Source of the DNA: Ferruginibacter sp.
Lineage (GTDB): Bacteria; Bacteroidota; Bacteroidia; Chitinophagales; Chitinophagaceae
NCBI GenBank assembly: GCA_013141115.1
Contig: JABFRP010000002.1
Span: 834,389 to 898,388 of the forward strand
Length of the DNA stretch: 64,000 bases
Direction: 5' to 3'
Shown one piece after another: positions 10,560 through 21,222 of this stretch (the stretch's first letter is position 1; every line of letters begins with the position of its first letter). A program made the translations under genes and the position numbers. A model generated the notes under the pieces. That model was not told where the DNA came from. It searched no databases and saw only the letters and a list, made by a program, of their open reading frames with translations.

Positions 10560-11159
10560 ATGATAGACATTGACACACTATTGGCCTGGGGGGCAGCTTT
10601 TAAAAAATTAAAAGCCAACGAGATTATTTTTAATGAGGGTACACAAGCCCAGTTTTACTACCAGTTGGTAAGTGGCAGCGTACGTTGGGTAAACATTAAC
10701 GAAGAAGGTAAAGAGTTTTTACAGGTAATGATTGAACCTGGAGAATGTTTTGGAGAACTGCCATTGTTTGATGACGGTCCATTTGCAGCTACTTCCATTG
10801 CCAATGAAGATGCGGTGATCATCCGCCTGCACCGCTCTACCTTTTTACAATTGATCAAAGAAAATCCGGAAATACATTTTGCTTTTAGTAAACTTTTAAG
10901 TGAGCGGTTGCGCTTTAAATTTTTTATTTTAAAAGAGATGGCCAATCACAATCCCGAACACAGCATATCTACTTTGCTGAGTTATTTTAAGCAAACCAAA
11001 AAGAATATTTGTCCCAAGTGCAACAAGATAAAACTTACCCGCCAGCAAATTGCAGATATGACCGGCCTTAGAGTGGAAACAGTTATCCGTACCATAAAAA
11101 ACCTGCAAACAAAGGGCGAAGTAATCATTGAAAAAGGAAAAGTATATTGCTCAGTATGA
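10560..11159 (+). CDS. Crp/Fnr family transcriptional regulator
   Basis: 199 aa with a cNMP-binding-like beta-roll (GECFGELPLF) and a C-terminal HTH (RQQIADMTGLRVETVIRTIKNL). Confidence 0.85.
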   Translation: MIDIDTLLAWGAAFKKLKANEIIFNEGTQAQFYYQLVSGSVRWVNINEEGKEFLQVMIEPGECFGELPLFDDGPFAATSIANEDAVIIRLHRSTFLQLIKENPEIHFAFSKLLSERLRFKFFILKEMANHNPEHSISTLLSYFKQTKKNICPKCNKIKLTRQQIADMTGLRVETVIRTIKNLQTKGEVIIEKGKVYCSV

Positions 11160-11168
11160 TTTCAATCA
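11157..11168. promoter_or_regulatory. candidate Crp/Fnr box TGATTTCAATCA
   Basis: Perfect TGAT-N4-ATCA palindrome 46 nt upstream of the ATG at 11214. An identical 12-mer recurs at 12429. Confidence 0.5.
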
Positions 11169-11213
11169 TACCAGATATTTTTAAGCCGTAGTTTCTTTGT
11201 GTAAATATTTAAT

Positions 11214-12431
11214 ATGCCATTGTATTTGCAACGCTGGTTAAAAATTTGCCTGTTTAATTTATTTATTGTGGCATCTATTGGTGTAATACTAAGATACAAG
11301 ATCGCCTTCTCTTTGCCCTTTATCGATCAAAAACATTTATTGCATGGCCACTCCCATTTTGCTTTTGCAGGATGGATAACACAGGTCATTATGGTTTTTC
11401 TTATCGCCTATTTAGTACAACAAAAAGGCGAAGTTGTGTATAAAAAATATCGTTGGTTATTGTATGCCAATCTTTTTACTGCCATAGGCATGTTAATTTC
11501 TTTTCCTATTGAGGGGTATGGATTATTCTCTATAATTTTTTCTACGCTTTCAATTTTTGTTTCTTATGCCTTTGCCATTTATTACTGGAAAGATCTTAAT
11601 AGTTTTACAACAAAAAACACTGCTCACTCCTGGTTTAAGGCTGCAGTTTTATTTAATGCGCTTTCTTCTATCGGTGCCTTTGCTTTAGCCATTATGATGG
11701 TTGCCCGTATTGTTCATCAAAACTGGTACCTGGCTGCCGAATATTTTTATTTACATTTTCAATATAATGGCTGGTTCTTTTTTACCTGCATGGGTTTGCT
11801 TACATTAAAACTATCTGCCCATGCACCTGCCGTAATTTTAAAAAGAATTTTTATTTTATTTACTGCTGCTATAATACCTGCTTATTTTTTATCTGCGCTA
11901 TGGATGAATATTCCGTTATGGGTTTATGTGTTGGTTATACTGGCTGCATTTGCACAGGTATTGGGCTGGGTATTTGCTGTGGGTATAATAAAAAAGCAAG
12001 CTGTACAATTACAGCAGTCCATGCCGCCTGTTGCTAAATGGTTATTGTTGTTTTCTGCTGTTGCTTTATCTATAAAATTATTGCTGCAATTAGGTTCTAC
12101 CATCCCTTCGTTAAGCGATCTGGCTTTTGGTTTCAGGCCTATTGTAATTGGGTATTTACATTTGGTATTGCTGGGTGTAATTACTTTATTTCTTTTAGGA
12201 TATATTCTTTCATCCTCCGCATTTGTAATTAATAAAAAACTGGCAGGGGGTGCAGGCATCTTTGCCTGCGGTATAATTATTAACGAAATATTTTTAATGA
12301 CGCAAGGCGTGGCTGCTTTAGATTATACCAATATCCCTTTTATCAATGAATTATTATTAGCTGCTGCGGTTATTATGTTCTCTGGCCTGCTGTTAATCCT
12401 TATTAGTTTAAAAGAAAAAAATCAAAGCTGA
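11214..12431 (+). CDS. polytopic membrane protein of unknown function (about 12 TM, conserved HGHSHF)
   Basis: 405 aa hydrophobic ORF between the Crp/Fnr regulator and RIC. I recognise no family. Confidence 0.6.
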   Translation: MPLYLQRWLKICLFNLFIVASIGVILRYKIAFSLPFIDQKHLLHGHSHFAFAGWITQVIMVFLIAYLVQQKGEVVYKKYRWLLYANLFTAIGMLISFPIEGYGLFSIIFSTLSIFVSYAFAIYYWKDLNSFTTKNTAHSWFKAAVLFNALSSIGAFALAIMMVARIVHQNWYLAAEYFYLHFQYNGWFFFTCMGLLTLKLSAHAPAVILKRIFILFTAAIIPAYFLSALWMNIPLWVYVLVILAAFAQVLGWVFAVGIIKKQAVQLQQSMPPVAKWLLLFSAVALSIKLLLQLGSTIPSLSDLAFGFRPIVIGYLHLVLLGVITLFLLGYILSSSAFVINKKLAGGAGIFACGIIINEIFLMTQGVAALDYTNIPFINELLLAAAVIMFSGLLLILISLKEKNQS

Positions 12432-12440
12432 TTTCAATCA
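12429..12440. promoter_or_regulatory. candidate Crp/Fnr box TGATTTCAATCA
   Basis: Exact repeat of the 12-mer at 11157, about 47 nt upstream of the ATG at 12487. Confidence 0.5.
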
Positions 12441-12486
12441 CAAATGATCGGTAAAAAGGAATTCATCTTTGCAAAAACAATTTATT

Positions 12487-13206
12487 ATGACAAATTTATC
12501 AACACAAACATTGGCTACAATTGTAACACAAAATCATCAAACCGTTCCTGTACTGGAAAAATATAATCTCGATTTTTGCTGCAAAGGAAAAAGAACATTA
12601 CAACAAGCCTGCGAAGAAAAAGGTATTTCAGTTGAAAAACTTTTATTAGAATTAGAAGGCTCAAAAGATACTACAACCAAAGTACTTCCATTTACTGAAA
12701 TGAGTTACGAGCAACTGATCAGTTACATTCTTATCCATCATCATTTTTATGTAAAGCAAAGTATGCCCACTATTTTATTTCGTATAGAAAAAGTAGCAAC
12801 TAAACATGGAGACAGGTATCCTTACATGGTAAAAGTATTAGAAATATTTAATGCTATTAACGAAGACATGACGCAGCATATGCAAAAAGAAGAAATGATC
12901 TTATTTCCACGCATTAAAGAAGTAGGACAGTTATTAAGCAACGACCAAAAAACAGGCCTTGGTGAAACTTACATAACCGGCCCGGTAAATGTAATGGAAA
13001 CAGAGCATGACCATGCAGGTGAAATGCTGTATGAAATAAGGCAGTTAACTAATAATTATACGCCACCGGTAGATGCCTGCACCACATTTAAAGTTTGCCT
13101 GGCAGAGTTAAAAGAATTTGAAGAAGACCTGCACAAGCATGTACATTTAGAAAATAATTTGCTATTTCCGCTGGCAGAAAAAATGCTTAGTGAAGCGACT
13201 GCGTAA
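12487..13206 (+). CDS. ric: iron-sulfur cluster repair di-iron protein (RIC/YtfE/ScdA family)
   Basis: ScdA_N-like N-terminus (LDFCCKGKRTLQQAC) plus hemerythrin-like H/E motifs. The ATG at 12487 is preferred over the TTG at 12469. Confidence 0.85.
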   Translation: MTNLSTQTLATIVTQNHQTVPVLEKYNLDFCCKGKRTLQQACEEKGISVEKLLLELEGSKDTTTKVLPFTEMSYEQLISYILIHHHFYVKQSMPTILFRIEKVATKHGDRYPYMVKVLEIFNAINEDMTQHMQKEEMILFPRIKEVGQLLSNDQKTGLGETYITGPVNVMETEHDHAGEMLYEIRQLTNNYTPPVDACTTFKVCLAELKEFEEDLHKHVHLENNLLFPLAEKMLSEATA

Positions 13207-13207
13207 C

Positions 13208-13246
13208 AAAAAAAGATCCTGCTGAAATTTCAGCAGGATCTTTTTT
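13208..13246. terminator. bidirectional terminator
   Basis: An A-run, then gatcctgctgaaatttcagcaggatc, then a T-run. Confidence 0.7.
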
Positions 13247-13275
13247 ATAAGTATGCACTTATAAATTTAAGGTTG

Positions 13276-13347
13276 TGGCCTCGCCAGGAATCGAACCTGG
13301 ATCTGGAGCTTCGGAAACTCTTATACTATCCATTGTACTACGAGGCC
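13276..13347 (-). tRNA. tRNA-Arg(CCG), chromosomal type
   Basis: Manual cloverleaf: acceptor GGCCTCG/CGAGGCC, T arm CCAGG-TTCGATT-CCTGG, anticodon loop TTCCGAA. Confidence 0.85.
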
Positions 13348-13363
13348 TTTGTGTTAACTAAAA

Positions 13364-13957
13364 CTATCTTCCAAACTTTACAATATTACTACCAAATATT
13401 TTAACAGCGATAGCCAATAAAATAACACCAAAAAATTTACGCACCACTGCCATTCCATTTGGCCCTAAAAATTTTTCTATCCACTTCAGCGATTTTAATA
13501 CCGTATAAATAATAACACAGTTAATTAAAATGCCCAGCAAAATATTTATATCTGCATAATTTGCCTTTAAACTCATTATGGTAGTAAGTGTTCCGCTACC
13601 GGCAATTAGTGGAAATGCGATAGGCACCACGCTACCGCTTTTTGCATTGTTACTATCGGGCTTAAAAAACTCAATGCCCAATACCATTTCCAGTCCTAAT
13701 ATAAAAATTACAATACTACCTGCTACTGCAAAACTTTTTACATCCAGCCCCAGTATATTTAAAAATTCGTTTCCCACAAATAAAAACAAGAGCATCAATG
13801 CACCACTTACCAACGTGGCCTGTGTGGATTTTATATGTCCATCCATTTTTGCCCTCAAAGAGGCCAATACAGGTATGGAACCGATCATATCTATTACCGC
13901 AAATAAAGTGAACGTAACAGAAAGTAATTCCTTAAAGTTATATTCACCCCATTGCAT
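13364..13957 (-). CDS. MarC family (UPF0056) integral membrane protein
   Basis: 197 aa, 6 TM, typical MarC length and pattern. Confidence 0.8.
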   Translation of the reverse strand: MQWGEYNFKELLSVTFTLFAVIDMIGSIPVLASLRAKMDGHIKSTQATLVSGALMLLFLFVGNEFLNILGLDVKSFAVAGSIVIFILGLEMVLGIEFFKPDSNNAKSGSVVPIAFPLIAGSGTLTTIMSLKANYADINILLGILINCVIIYTVLKSLKWIEKFLGPNGMAVVRKFFGVILLAIAVKIFGSNIVKFGR

Positions 13958-14022
13958 AAAATATATTTTTGCAAATATAAACTTCTGTACCCAGTGTTAA
14001 AAAAGATTTACAAAAGCGGACT

Positions 14023-14253
14023 TTAATGGTGCTTTTTGGCGTGGAGAATAAACGGGTGTTTACAATTAATAAAATCATTTTTCATTTGCTGTAAACATGC
14101 AGCACAAACACAATCGTTGAAGAGGCTGTTTATATAAGCCCTTTCTTGTGCCGATAATATGATGCCATAGCATTGGCATTGGGCAATATTGCCCACTTTG
14201 CACTCAAAAGATTGGTTGCAGCGTGGGCAATATTTAGCTTCGTGCATACACAT
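14023..14253 (-). CDS. cysteine-rich small protein (CWC-type)
   Basis: 76 aa with CPRC...C.C..C.C...C.C..C spacing. Confidence 0.55.
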   Translation of the reverse strand: MCMHEAKYCPRCNQSFECKVGNIAQCQCYGIILSAQERAYINSLFNDCVCAACLQQMKNDFINCKHPFILHAKKHH

Positions 14254-14266
14254 AAACAGTACTTTA

Positions 14267-16666
14267 TTACGAGCCGCAACTTACACAGCCATCTTCCATG
14301 CTACAGGTTGGTCCATCAATTTGTGTGGGCTCTACATCGCTAACAATTTCTGCGGTGTTATTTACAATTTCGGCATTGGGCATTACGGGTACAATTTCTT
14401 CACTGCCTTGTTTTTCTACTGTAAACTGCACGGCTTGTGTTGCAGCCTGGCTACGTAAATAATACATACCGGTTTTCAATCCCTTCTTCCAGGCGTAAAA
14501 ATGCATGGAGGTTAATTTAGAGGCTGTTGGGCTATCTACAAATAAATTTAATGATTGCGATTGACAGATATAAGCACCTCTATCGGCAGCCATATCAATT
14601 AAACTACGTTGTTTAATTTCCCAAACTGTTTTGTACAATTCTTTTATTGCTGCAGGTATTTCTTCAATTTTTTGTATTGAGCCATTGGCTGCAATAATTT
14701 TATTTTTCATTGAATTATTCCACAAGCCAAGATTTACCAGATCTTTCAGCAAATGTTTATTTACAATAATAAATTCTCCACTTAAAACTCTTCTTGTATA
14801 AATGTTGCTGGTATATGGTTCAAAGCATTCGTTGTTACCAAAAATTTGTGAAGTAGATGCGGTAGGCATCGGTGCCACCAATAAAGAGTTTCTTACACCA
14901 TATTCTTTCACTTCAGCTTTTAATGCAGTCCAATCCCAACGGTCAGTCGGTGTTACGCCCCACATATCAAATTGAAAAATTCCTTTTGATACTGGTGAGC
15001 CTTGATAGGTTTCATAAGTACCCTGCACTTTTGCCAGATCTTTGCTTGCAGTCATAGCTGCAAAGTATATAGTTTCAAAAATATTTTTATTCAGCATTTT
15101 TGCCAACTCACTTTCAAATGGTAAACGTAACATAATGAAAACATCTGCCAGTCCCTGCACACCCAATCCAACGGGGCGATGCTTCATGTTGGAATATTTT
15201 GCCTCGGGCACCGGATAGTAATTATTATCAATTACATCATTTAAGTTTTTGGTTACCTGATACGTTACTTCAAATAATTTTTGATGATCAAATTTGCCAT
15301 CAATTACAAAACGAGGTAAGGCCAATGATGCCAGGTTACAAACTGCCACTTCTTCGGGGCTGGTGTATTCCATAATTTCGGTACAAAGATTACTGCTTTT
15401 GATAGTACCTAAATTTTGCTGATTGCTTTTACCGTTAGCCGCATCTTTATATAATAAATACGGTGTACCGGTTTCTATTTGTGATTCTAAAATTTTAAAC
15501 CAAAGCTCCTGTGCTTTTATAGTTTTTCTTGCTTTGCCTGCAGCTTCGTAACTGGTATATAGTTTTTCAAATTCAGCACCCCAACATTCGCTTAAGCCCG
15601 GCGCTTCATTAGGGCAAAATAAACTCCACTCTTCATTTGCCTCTACTCTTTTCATAAATAGATCACTCATCCATAAAGCAAAGAATAAATCCCTTGCTCT
15701 CATTTCTTCTTTACCATGATTTTTACGTAGGTCTAAAAATTCAAACACATCAGCATGCCATGGTTCTAAATAAATTGCAAAAGCACCTTTGCGTTTGCCG
15801 CCACCCTGATCTACATATCTTGCTGTATCATTAAATACTCTAAGCATTGGTATAATACCATTGCTGGTACCGTTAGTGCCACCAATATAACTGCCTGTTG
15901 CCCTTACATTATGTATTGCCAAACCAATACCTCCTGCACTTTGAGAGATTTTTGCTGTTTGTTTAAGCGTATCATAAATACCATCAATGCTGTCGTCTTT
16001 CATGGTCAACAAAAAACATGAACTCATTTGTGGTTTTGGTGTACCAGCATTAAATAAAGTTGGTGTGGCATGTGTCATCCAGCGTTCGCTCATTAAGTGG
16101 TAAGTTTTTACCACGCTCTCCATATCATTTTTATGAATACCCACGGCCACCCTCATGTACATATGTTGCGGACGTTCTACAATTTTATTATCGATCTTTA
16201 AAAGATAAGATTTTTCCAAAGTTTTAAAACCAAAATAGTCAAACGCAAAATCACGATCATAAATAATAGTACTGTCTAAAAGGTCGGCATTGGCTTCAAT
16301 AATTTCCATTACATCATCTGCAATCAATGGCAAAGCTTTACCCGATCTTATATCAACGTAATCATACAATTTCCTCATCGTAACCGAAAAACTCTTCACT
16401 GTATTTTTATGCAAATTACTTACTGCTATACGTGATGCTAATATTGCATAATCGGGATGTGTAATGGTTAATGATGCTGCCGTTTCTGCAGCCAGGTTAT
16501 CCAGTTCGGTAGTTGGTACACCTTCATAAATACCGCCGATAGTTTTTTTAGCTACATCAATTGCATTTACCATGGGACTAAGGCCGTATGATAATTTCTC
16601 TATTCTTGCGGTTACTTTATCAAATTTTACGGATTCTGTTTTACCGTTTCTCTTAATTACATGCAT
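14267..16666 (-). CDS. nrdA: ribonucleoside-diphosphate reductase alpha subunit (class Ia)
   Basis: 799 aa with an N-terminal ATP-cone ([16 protein letters not shown]), the active-site region NLCTEI, and a C-terminal Cys pair. Confidence 0.95.
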   Translation of the reverse strand: MHVIKRNGKTESVKFDKVTARIEKLSYGLSPMVNAIDVAKKTIGGIYEGVPTTELDNLAAETAASLTITHPDYAILASRIAVSNLHKNTVKSFSVTMRKLYDYVDIRSGKALPLIADDVMEIIEANADLLDSTIIYDRDFAFDYFGFKTLEKSYLLKIDNKIVERPQHMYMRVAVGIHKNDMESVVKTYHLMSERWMTHATPTLFNAGTPKPQMSSCFLLTMKDDSIDGIYDTLKQTAKISQSAGGIGLAIHNVRATGSYIGGTNGTSNGIIPMLRVFNDTARYVDQGGGKRKGAFAIYLEPWHADVFEFLDLRKNHGKEEMRARDLFFALWMSDLFMKRVEANEEWSLFCPNEAPGLSECWGAEFEKLYTSYEAAGKARKTIKAQELWFKILESQIETGTPYLLYKDAANGKSNQQNLGTIKSSNLCTEIMEYTSPEEVAVCNLASLALPRFVIDGKFDHQKLFEVTYQVTKNLNDVIDNNYYPVPEAKYSNMKHRPVGLGVQGLADVFIMLRLPFESELAKMLNKNIFETIYFAAMTASKDLAKVQGTYETYQGSPVSKGIFQFDMWGVTPTDRWDWTALKAEVKEYGVRNSLLVAPMPTASTSQIFGNNECFEPYTSNIYTRRVLSGEFIIVNKHLLKDLVNLGLWNNSMKNKIIAANGSIQKIEEIPAAIKELYKTVWEIKQRSLIDMAADRGAYICQSQSLNLFVDSPTASKLTSMHFYAWKKGLKTGMYYLRSQAATQAVQFTVEKQGSEEIVPVMPNAEIVNNTAEIVSDVEPTQIDGPTCSMEDGCVSCGS

Positions 16667-16793
16667 TTTTAATGACTCTATTTTAATTAGTTAGTACTTA
16701 CTGTTTTCGTGAGTTGTGAGTAGTGAATCGTGAGTTTAGCAATTGCAATTTGTGTACTCGCTATGTCAGTATGAACTACTCAACGCTCACGCT

Positions 16794-17765
16794 TTAAAAA
16801 TCTTCTTCCAATGAAAATGATTGTGTTTCCTTAGTTCCCATCACGCCAGCCTTTTGATAATCGCCTACTCTTTTTTCAAAGAAATTGGTTTTGCCCTGTA
16901 AAGAGATCATCTCCATAAAATCAAATGGATTGGTGGTATTATATACCGTTGCGTAACCTAATTCACTCAACCATCTGTCGGCAACAAACTCAATATACTG
17001 CTGCATCAGTTCGGCATTCATACCAATTAAACCTACTGGCAATGCTTCTGTTACAAATTCTTTTTCTATAGTTACGGCGTCGGTAATTATTTTTTGTACC
17101 TGCGCTTCAGTTAATTGATTTTTCAGCATTTTGTATAACAGGCAGGCAAACTCACAATGCAAGCCTTCATCACGGCTGATGAGTTCATTACTAAAAGTTA
17201 ATCCCGGCATTAAACCTCTTTTTTTCAACCAAAAAATAGAGCAAAAGCTACCGCTGAAAAATATACCTTCCACTGCAGCAAATGCTACCAGCCTTTCTGC
17301 AAAAGTTCCGTTATCTATCCAGCGCAATGCCCATTCTGCTTTTTTCTTTACTGCAGGTATGGTATCAATGGCATGAAAAAGTTTGTGCTTTTCTTCAGCA
17401 TTTTTAATGTAAGTGTCAATCAGCAAAGCATAGGTTTCGCTGTGTATATTTTCCATCATTATCTGAAAACCATAAAAGCATCTTGCTTCTGGCAATTGCA
17501 CTTCACTCATAAAGTTTACGGCCAGGTTTTCATTTACTATACCATCGCTGGCAGCAAAAAATGCTAGCACATGGCTAATAAAATGGCGTTCGCCATCGTT
17601 CAGGCTTTCCCAATCCTTCATGTCGCCACTTAAATCAATTTCTTCTGCTGTCCAAAAGCTGGCTTCATGCCTTTTGTACTGTTCCCAAATTTTGGGATAA
17701 TTGATAGGCAGGATAACAAAGCGGTCTTTATTTTCTTTTAAAAGAATTTCATCACTATTTTGCAT
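16794..17765 (-). CDS. nrdB: ribonucleoside-diphosphate reductase beta subunit
   Basis: 323 aa with di-iron ligand helices ([16 protein letters not shown]) and an acidic C-terminal tail. Confidence 0.95.
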   Translation of the reverse strand: MQNSDEILLKENKDRFVILPINYPKIWEQYKRHEASFWTAEEIDLSGDMKDWESLNDGERHFISHVLAFFAASDGIVNENLAVNFMSEVQLPEARCFYGFQIMMENIHSETYALLIDTYIKNAEEKHKLFHAIDTIPAVKKKAEWALRWIDNGTFAERLVAFAAVEGIFFSGSFCSIFWLKKRGLMPGLTFSNELISRDEGLHCEFACLLYKMLKNQLTEAQVQKIITDAVTIEKEFVTEALPVGLIGMNAELMQQYIEFVADRWLSELGYATVYNTTNPFDFMEMISLQGKTNFFEKRVGDYQKAGVMGTKETQSFSLEEDF

Positions 17766-17879
17766 AATAAACTATAAAAATATTTGCCTGTAAGAAAAAG
17801 TATAGTGCTGAAAAGGTGAGCCGGCAATTTTGCGGCGAAACCATCAGTACCATTACTTTTCTCCCGAAAGCGTTGTTAC

Positions 17880-18030
17880 TAAAATTGATTGTTGGCAGGT
17901 CTTCTGACTTACTCCGTTGTTTAATGCCTTCCCGTCAAATACAACAGTGGCTTGAAGTTTAAACAATTTAAAGGAGCTTACAGCTACGGGGATAGTTTCC
18001 GTTTTTCACGGGATTCCCTTTTAATTCCAT
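17880..18030 (-). promoter_or_regulatory. cobalamin riboswitch in the nrdBA leader
   Basis: The minus strand reads AAAAGGGAATCCCGTGAAAAACGGAAACTATCCCCGTAGCTGTAAGC...GCCACTG...GGGAAGGC...AGTAAGTCAGAAGACCTGCCAAC (B12 box). Confidence 0.85.
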
Positions 18031-18325
18031 TTCAATTGTTGCTAAAACGAAAACCAAAATCTGGTTGCAAAATAAAGGAGAAAATTATGTTTGTATTAAT
18101 TTGTTATGCACCAAATGTGAGAAACCTTTTACAGAAATTAAGAAAGATTTTTTAAGGGCTGAAAATGTGAGTGAATCACCCCAAAAGGGTGGCTCACTTA
18201 ACTCACAAAGGATTTAAAAATAAGGTAAGCCGTTCTTTTGGGTGCCCTTTTATCAAAAAGGAGTGAGCCTCCCTTTTAAGGTGACCCACTCCAGCTAAAA
18301 CATATTCTTTAATAAAATTATTTAA

Positions 18326-20263
18326 TTACCAATTAAAAGTAACACCTCCGTTAATTAAAAGAGGCATGGCATTATAACCCCTCAGGTCGAAGAATTTTTT
18401 ATTAGTAATATTTTGTCCGTTGGCGAAGAATTTCACATTACTGTTATATTTATATTCTGCATAAACACTTAATATAAAATAGCTATCCAGTAATACATCT
18501 TCTTTTCTGTATCCTCCTACATCATAACGGCTGCTTACCGATTTACCGGTAATGCTGGCATAGATGCCTTTGTTAAACTGGTACCCGATATTACAATTGA
18601 AATTGTTTTTAGGGCGCCGCAGCAGATAACTGTACGTGGTATCGTTTGTATTTTTTCTGCTTTGTGTTTGTTCATCACCGGTAATTAAAGTGTAGTTGGC
18701 TGTTACCGTCATATTTTTAACTGGCGCTGCGGTCAATTCCACTTCCACACCATCCACAATTTGTTTTACATAGTTGAAGTATTTAAAATTGATATTATCA
18801 TAATCAATTCCGTTTTTTATATCCCGGTGAAAATATACTACCCGGCTGCTGATCTTTTTACCAGATTGCTGAATGCCTAACTCGTAGTTGGTAGATTTTT
18901 CTGGAGCCAGCTCCAGATTACCACTATACTGATCAAATAACTGAAAAATAGAGGGTGCCTTAAATCCTGAAGCTATACTACCAAACACCCTCCAATTTTT
19001 ATTAATAGCATAAGAAGGATTGAAAGTGTAGGTACTATTGGTACCATAGCGGGAATGTTTGTTGGTTCTTCCGCCCAATTCAACATTTAATTTTTTATCA
19101 AATGCATTAAAAAGTAGTGAAGAATAAAAAGAGGTTTGGTGTAATGAACTATCAAATGGATTTGGATTATAAGGCCCAAAAAGGCTATGAACCGAAAAAT
19201 ATTTTTGATGCATGTATGCCCATCTGTAGTCAGTTCCAATAACAACTGTTAACCATTTAGCAGCGGCAATACTACTAAACAGTTCTACATATTGAGTACG
19301 ACCTTCGTATTTGTTACTTTCAAACTTTGTTCCATTTTTAATAACAAAAAAACTATCATTGGTGTATGCTCTTTTTAATTCGCCATATTGATAATTGCCC
19401 GTAATATTTACAATACCTTTTTTAAAATTTACACCAAAGCCTGAGCTTAAGTTGCTGTTTTTTATGCTGTAGTCTTTTTCATCTGCAAAAATGCCGGCAT
19501 CAATATCTGCTTTATACTGGCTGTGCATCACAAACGTTTTCAGTAATAATGATGGTATTACCTGGTATTGCACAGCAGCGCTAATTACATTGCCATCATA
19601 ACCATCTTTATCAAAATCTTTTGCACCGGTGCTATCATACGCAGAAGAAAAGCCATTGGTTTTTAGTTTTGCAAAACGGGTAGTGTAAGTAAGTTTGCCT
19701 GTTTTACCATACAGTTGTATGTTATTACGTGTGGTATTTTTATTACCAAAGCCTGTGGTGGCTTTTACATTAAAAGGTTTATCAATATCCTTTTTTACGG
19801 TAATGATATTTACCACACCGGCAACAGCATCGCTGCCGTACAAAGTAGATTGTGCGCCTTTGCACACTTCAATTCTTTCTACATCATTTATAGAAAAAAG
19901 ATTCAGGTCAAATTCATTGTTGATCATTGATGGATCGCTTACCGGAATACCATCTAATAATATTAACGTTCTGCCAGATGAAGCTCCTCTTAAAAAAATG
20001 GTTTGCACACTGCCCGGCGCATTGTAAGCTCCGTTAATTGTAATACCGGCTTGTTCATTTAAAATTTGCGCCACCGTTTTACCGCTGCTTTTTTCAATTT
20101 GTTCTTTGCTAATTACGGTTACTACTTTACCTGTTTGCGATTGTTTTACAGGTGTTTTGGTAGCTGTTTCCACTACCACTTCATTTAAAAGCCGGGTACT
20201 GTCCTGACCATACGATTGACTGCTGATAATAACAGCAGCCGCAATAAAAATTTTCTTTTTCAT
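18326..20263 (-). CDS. TonB-dependent receptor, BtuB-like (cobalamin or corrinoid uptake)
   Basis: 645 aa with a signal peptide, a plug domain, and a terminal aromatic residue (ends NW). It lies directly behind a cobalamin riboswitch. Confidence 0.85.
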   Translation of the reverse strand: MKKKIFIAAAVIISSQSYGQDSTRLLNEVVVETATKTPVKQSQTGKVVTVISKEQIEKSSGKTVAQILNEQAGITINGAYNAPGSVQTIFLRGASSGRTLILLDGIPVSDPSMINNEFDLNLFSINDVERIEVCKGAQSTLYGSDAVAGVVNIITVKKDIDKPFNVKATTGFGNKNTTRNNIQLYGKTGKLTYTTRFAKLKTNGFSSAYDSTGAKDFDKDGYDGNVISAAVQYQVIPSLLLKTFVMHSQYKADIDAGIFADEKDYSIKNSNLSSGFGVNFKKGIVNITGNYQYGELKRAYTNDSFFVIKNGTKFESNKYEGRTQYVELFSSIAAAKWLTVVIGTDYRWAYMHQKYFSVHSLFGPYNPNPFDSSLHQTSFYSSLLFNAFDKKLNVELGGRTNKHSRYGTNSTYTFNPSYAINKNWRVFGSIASGFKAPSIFQLFDQYSGNLELAPEKSTNYELGIQQSGKKISSRVVYFHRDIKNGIDYDNINFKYFNYVKQIVDGVEVELTAAPVKNMTVTANYTLITGDEQTQSRKNTNDTTYSYLLRRPKNNFNCNIGYQFNKGIYASITGKSVSSRYDVGGYRKEDVLLDSYFILSVYAEYKYNSNVKFFANGQNITNKKFFDLRGYNAMPLLINGGVTFNW

Positions 20264-20394
20264 TTTTTTGAAAAATTTTTTTTGTTGTGACTGCTTCCGT
20301 GGAAAATTTGTGGTTGGTGCTTACACCAAACACGGCGAAATATAAATGCCTTACAGCTTTTACACTCCATGCCTTTCACCCGAAAGCTTTGAAT

Positions 20395-20550
20395 GATTGT
20401 TAATTGATGTGGCAGGTCTTCTGGCTTACTCCCTGTTTGTTGCCTTCCCGTCAATTTAAAAACAGTGGCTTGAAGAACAAACAGTTTACAGAGTTTACAG
20501 CTACGGGGATAGCTCCCGATTTTAACGGGATTCCCTTTTAATACCGATTT
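20395..20550 (-). promoter_or_regulatory. cobalamin riboswitch in the TonB-receptor leader
   Basis: The minus strand reads AAAAGGGAATCCCGTTAAAATCGGGAGCTATCCCCGTAGCTGTAAAC...GCCACTG...GGGAAGGC...AGTAAGCCAGAAGACCTGCCAC (B12 box). It is a near paralog of the element at 17880. Confidence 0.85.
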
Positions 20551-20681
20551 GACATCGGCAACCAAATCTGCTGCAAATATAGGGGGTTTGATTTTTATTG
20601 TTTCAATAATTATCTACGTAATGTAGAGAAATAAAAAAGCCAATCAAAAATGATTGGCTTTAAAATAAATTACCTGTTTTG

Positions 20682-20752
20682 TTACCCGACCTGGATTCGA
20701 ACCAAGACAGGCAGAATCAGAATCTGCAGTACTACCATTATACTATCGGGCA
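20682..20752 (-). tRNA. tRNA-Gln(CTG), chromosomal type
   Basis: Manual cloverleaf: acceptor TGCCCGA/TCGGGTA, T arm CTTGG-TTCGAAT-CCAGG, anticodon arm GCAGA-TTCTGAT-TCTGC. Confidence 0.85.
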
Positions 20753-20803
20753 ATAATTAAAGAACAAACTATTTAAATACTGCCGTAATTTACAAACTTA
20801 AAT

Positions 20804-21094
20804 CTATTTAGCCGCAAGATGCCCTTCAGGATCTTTTAAAAAATCTTCCTTACATTCTTTAGCGCAAAAGCCATACAGCTTTCCTTTATACGTTACTGTA
20901 TCACTAACACCTGCCGAAGTGGGCATACCGCAGGTCAGATCTTTCTTTACTGCAAACGCTAACTTAGTTAAATCCTTTTCAATAGAATCTTTTGCTACTG
21001 CAACGGTTTCCATTTTCTTTTCGGGCATTACCGATTTGGGTTGATTGCAACTGAAAGCTGCTGCAACTATTATTATGCTAATAATATTTTTCAT
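20804..21094 (-). CDS. YHS-domain lipoprotein (metal binding)
   Basis: 96 aa with a signal peptide plus Cys and a C-terminal YHS-like KGKLYGFCAKECKEDF. Confidence 0.65.
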   Translation of the reverse strand: MKNIISIIIVAAAFSCNQPKSVMPEKKMETVAVAKDSIEKDLTKLAFAVKKDLTCGMPTSAGVSDTVTYKGKLYGFCAKECKEDFLKDPEGHLAAK

Positions 21095-21222
21095 ACTTTT
21101 TCATTTAGGTTGTAAAAATACATATTAATACCTTCTCTAAAAAAGGCCCGAACGGCATGGAAGGTTGTTAATTATTTTTAATGTCGTTCGGGTAATAAAT
21201 TCAGAGCGCATTTTTTTAACTC

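Noticed and set aside
16667-16793. GTGAGT-rich direct repeats between nrdB and nrdA, and similar gtgag/ctcac words at 18160-18320.
   Set aside because: They are short, degenerate, low-complexity words with no consistent period or structure. Evidence for a function is insufficient.
17952-18155. Track ORF 17952..18155 (+), and ORF 20260..20565 (-).
   Set aside because: Both sit inside cobalamin riboswitch leaders. The sequence is explained by the RNA elements.
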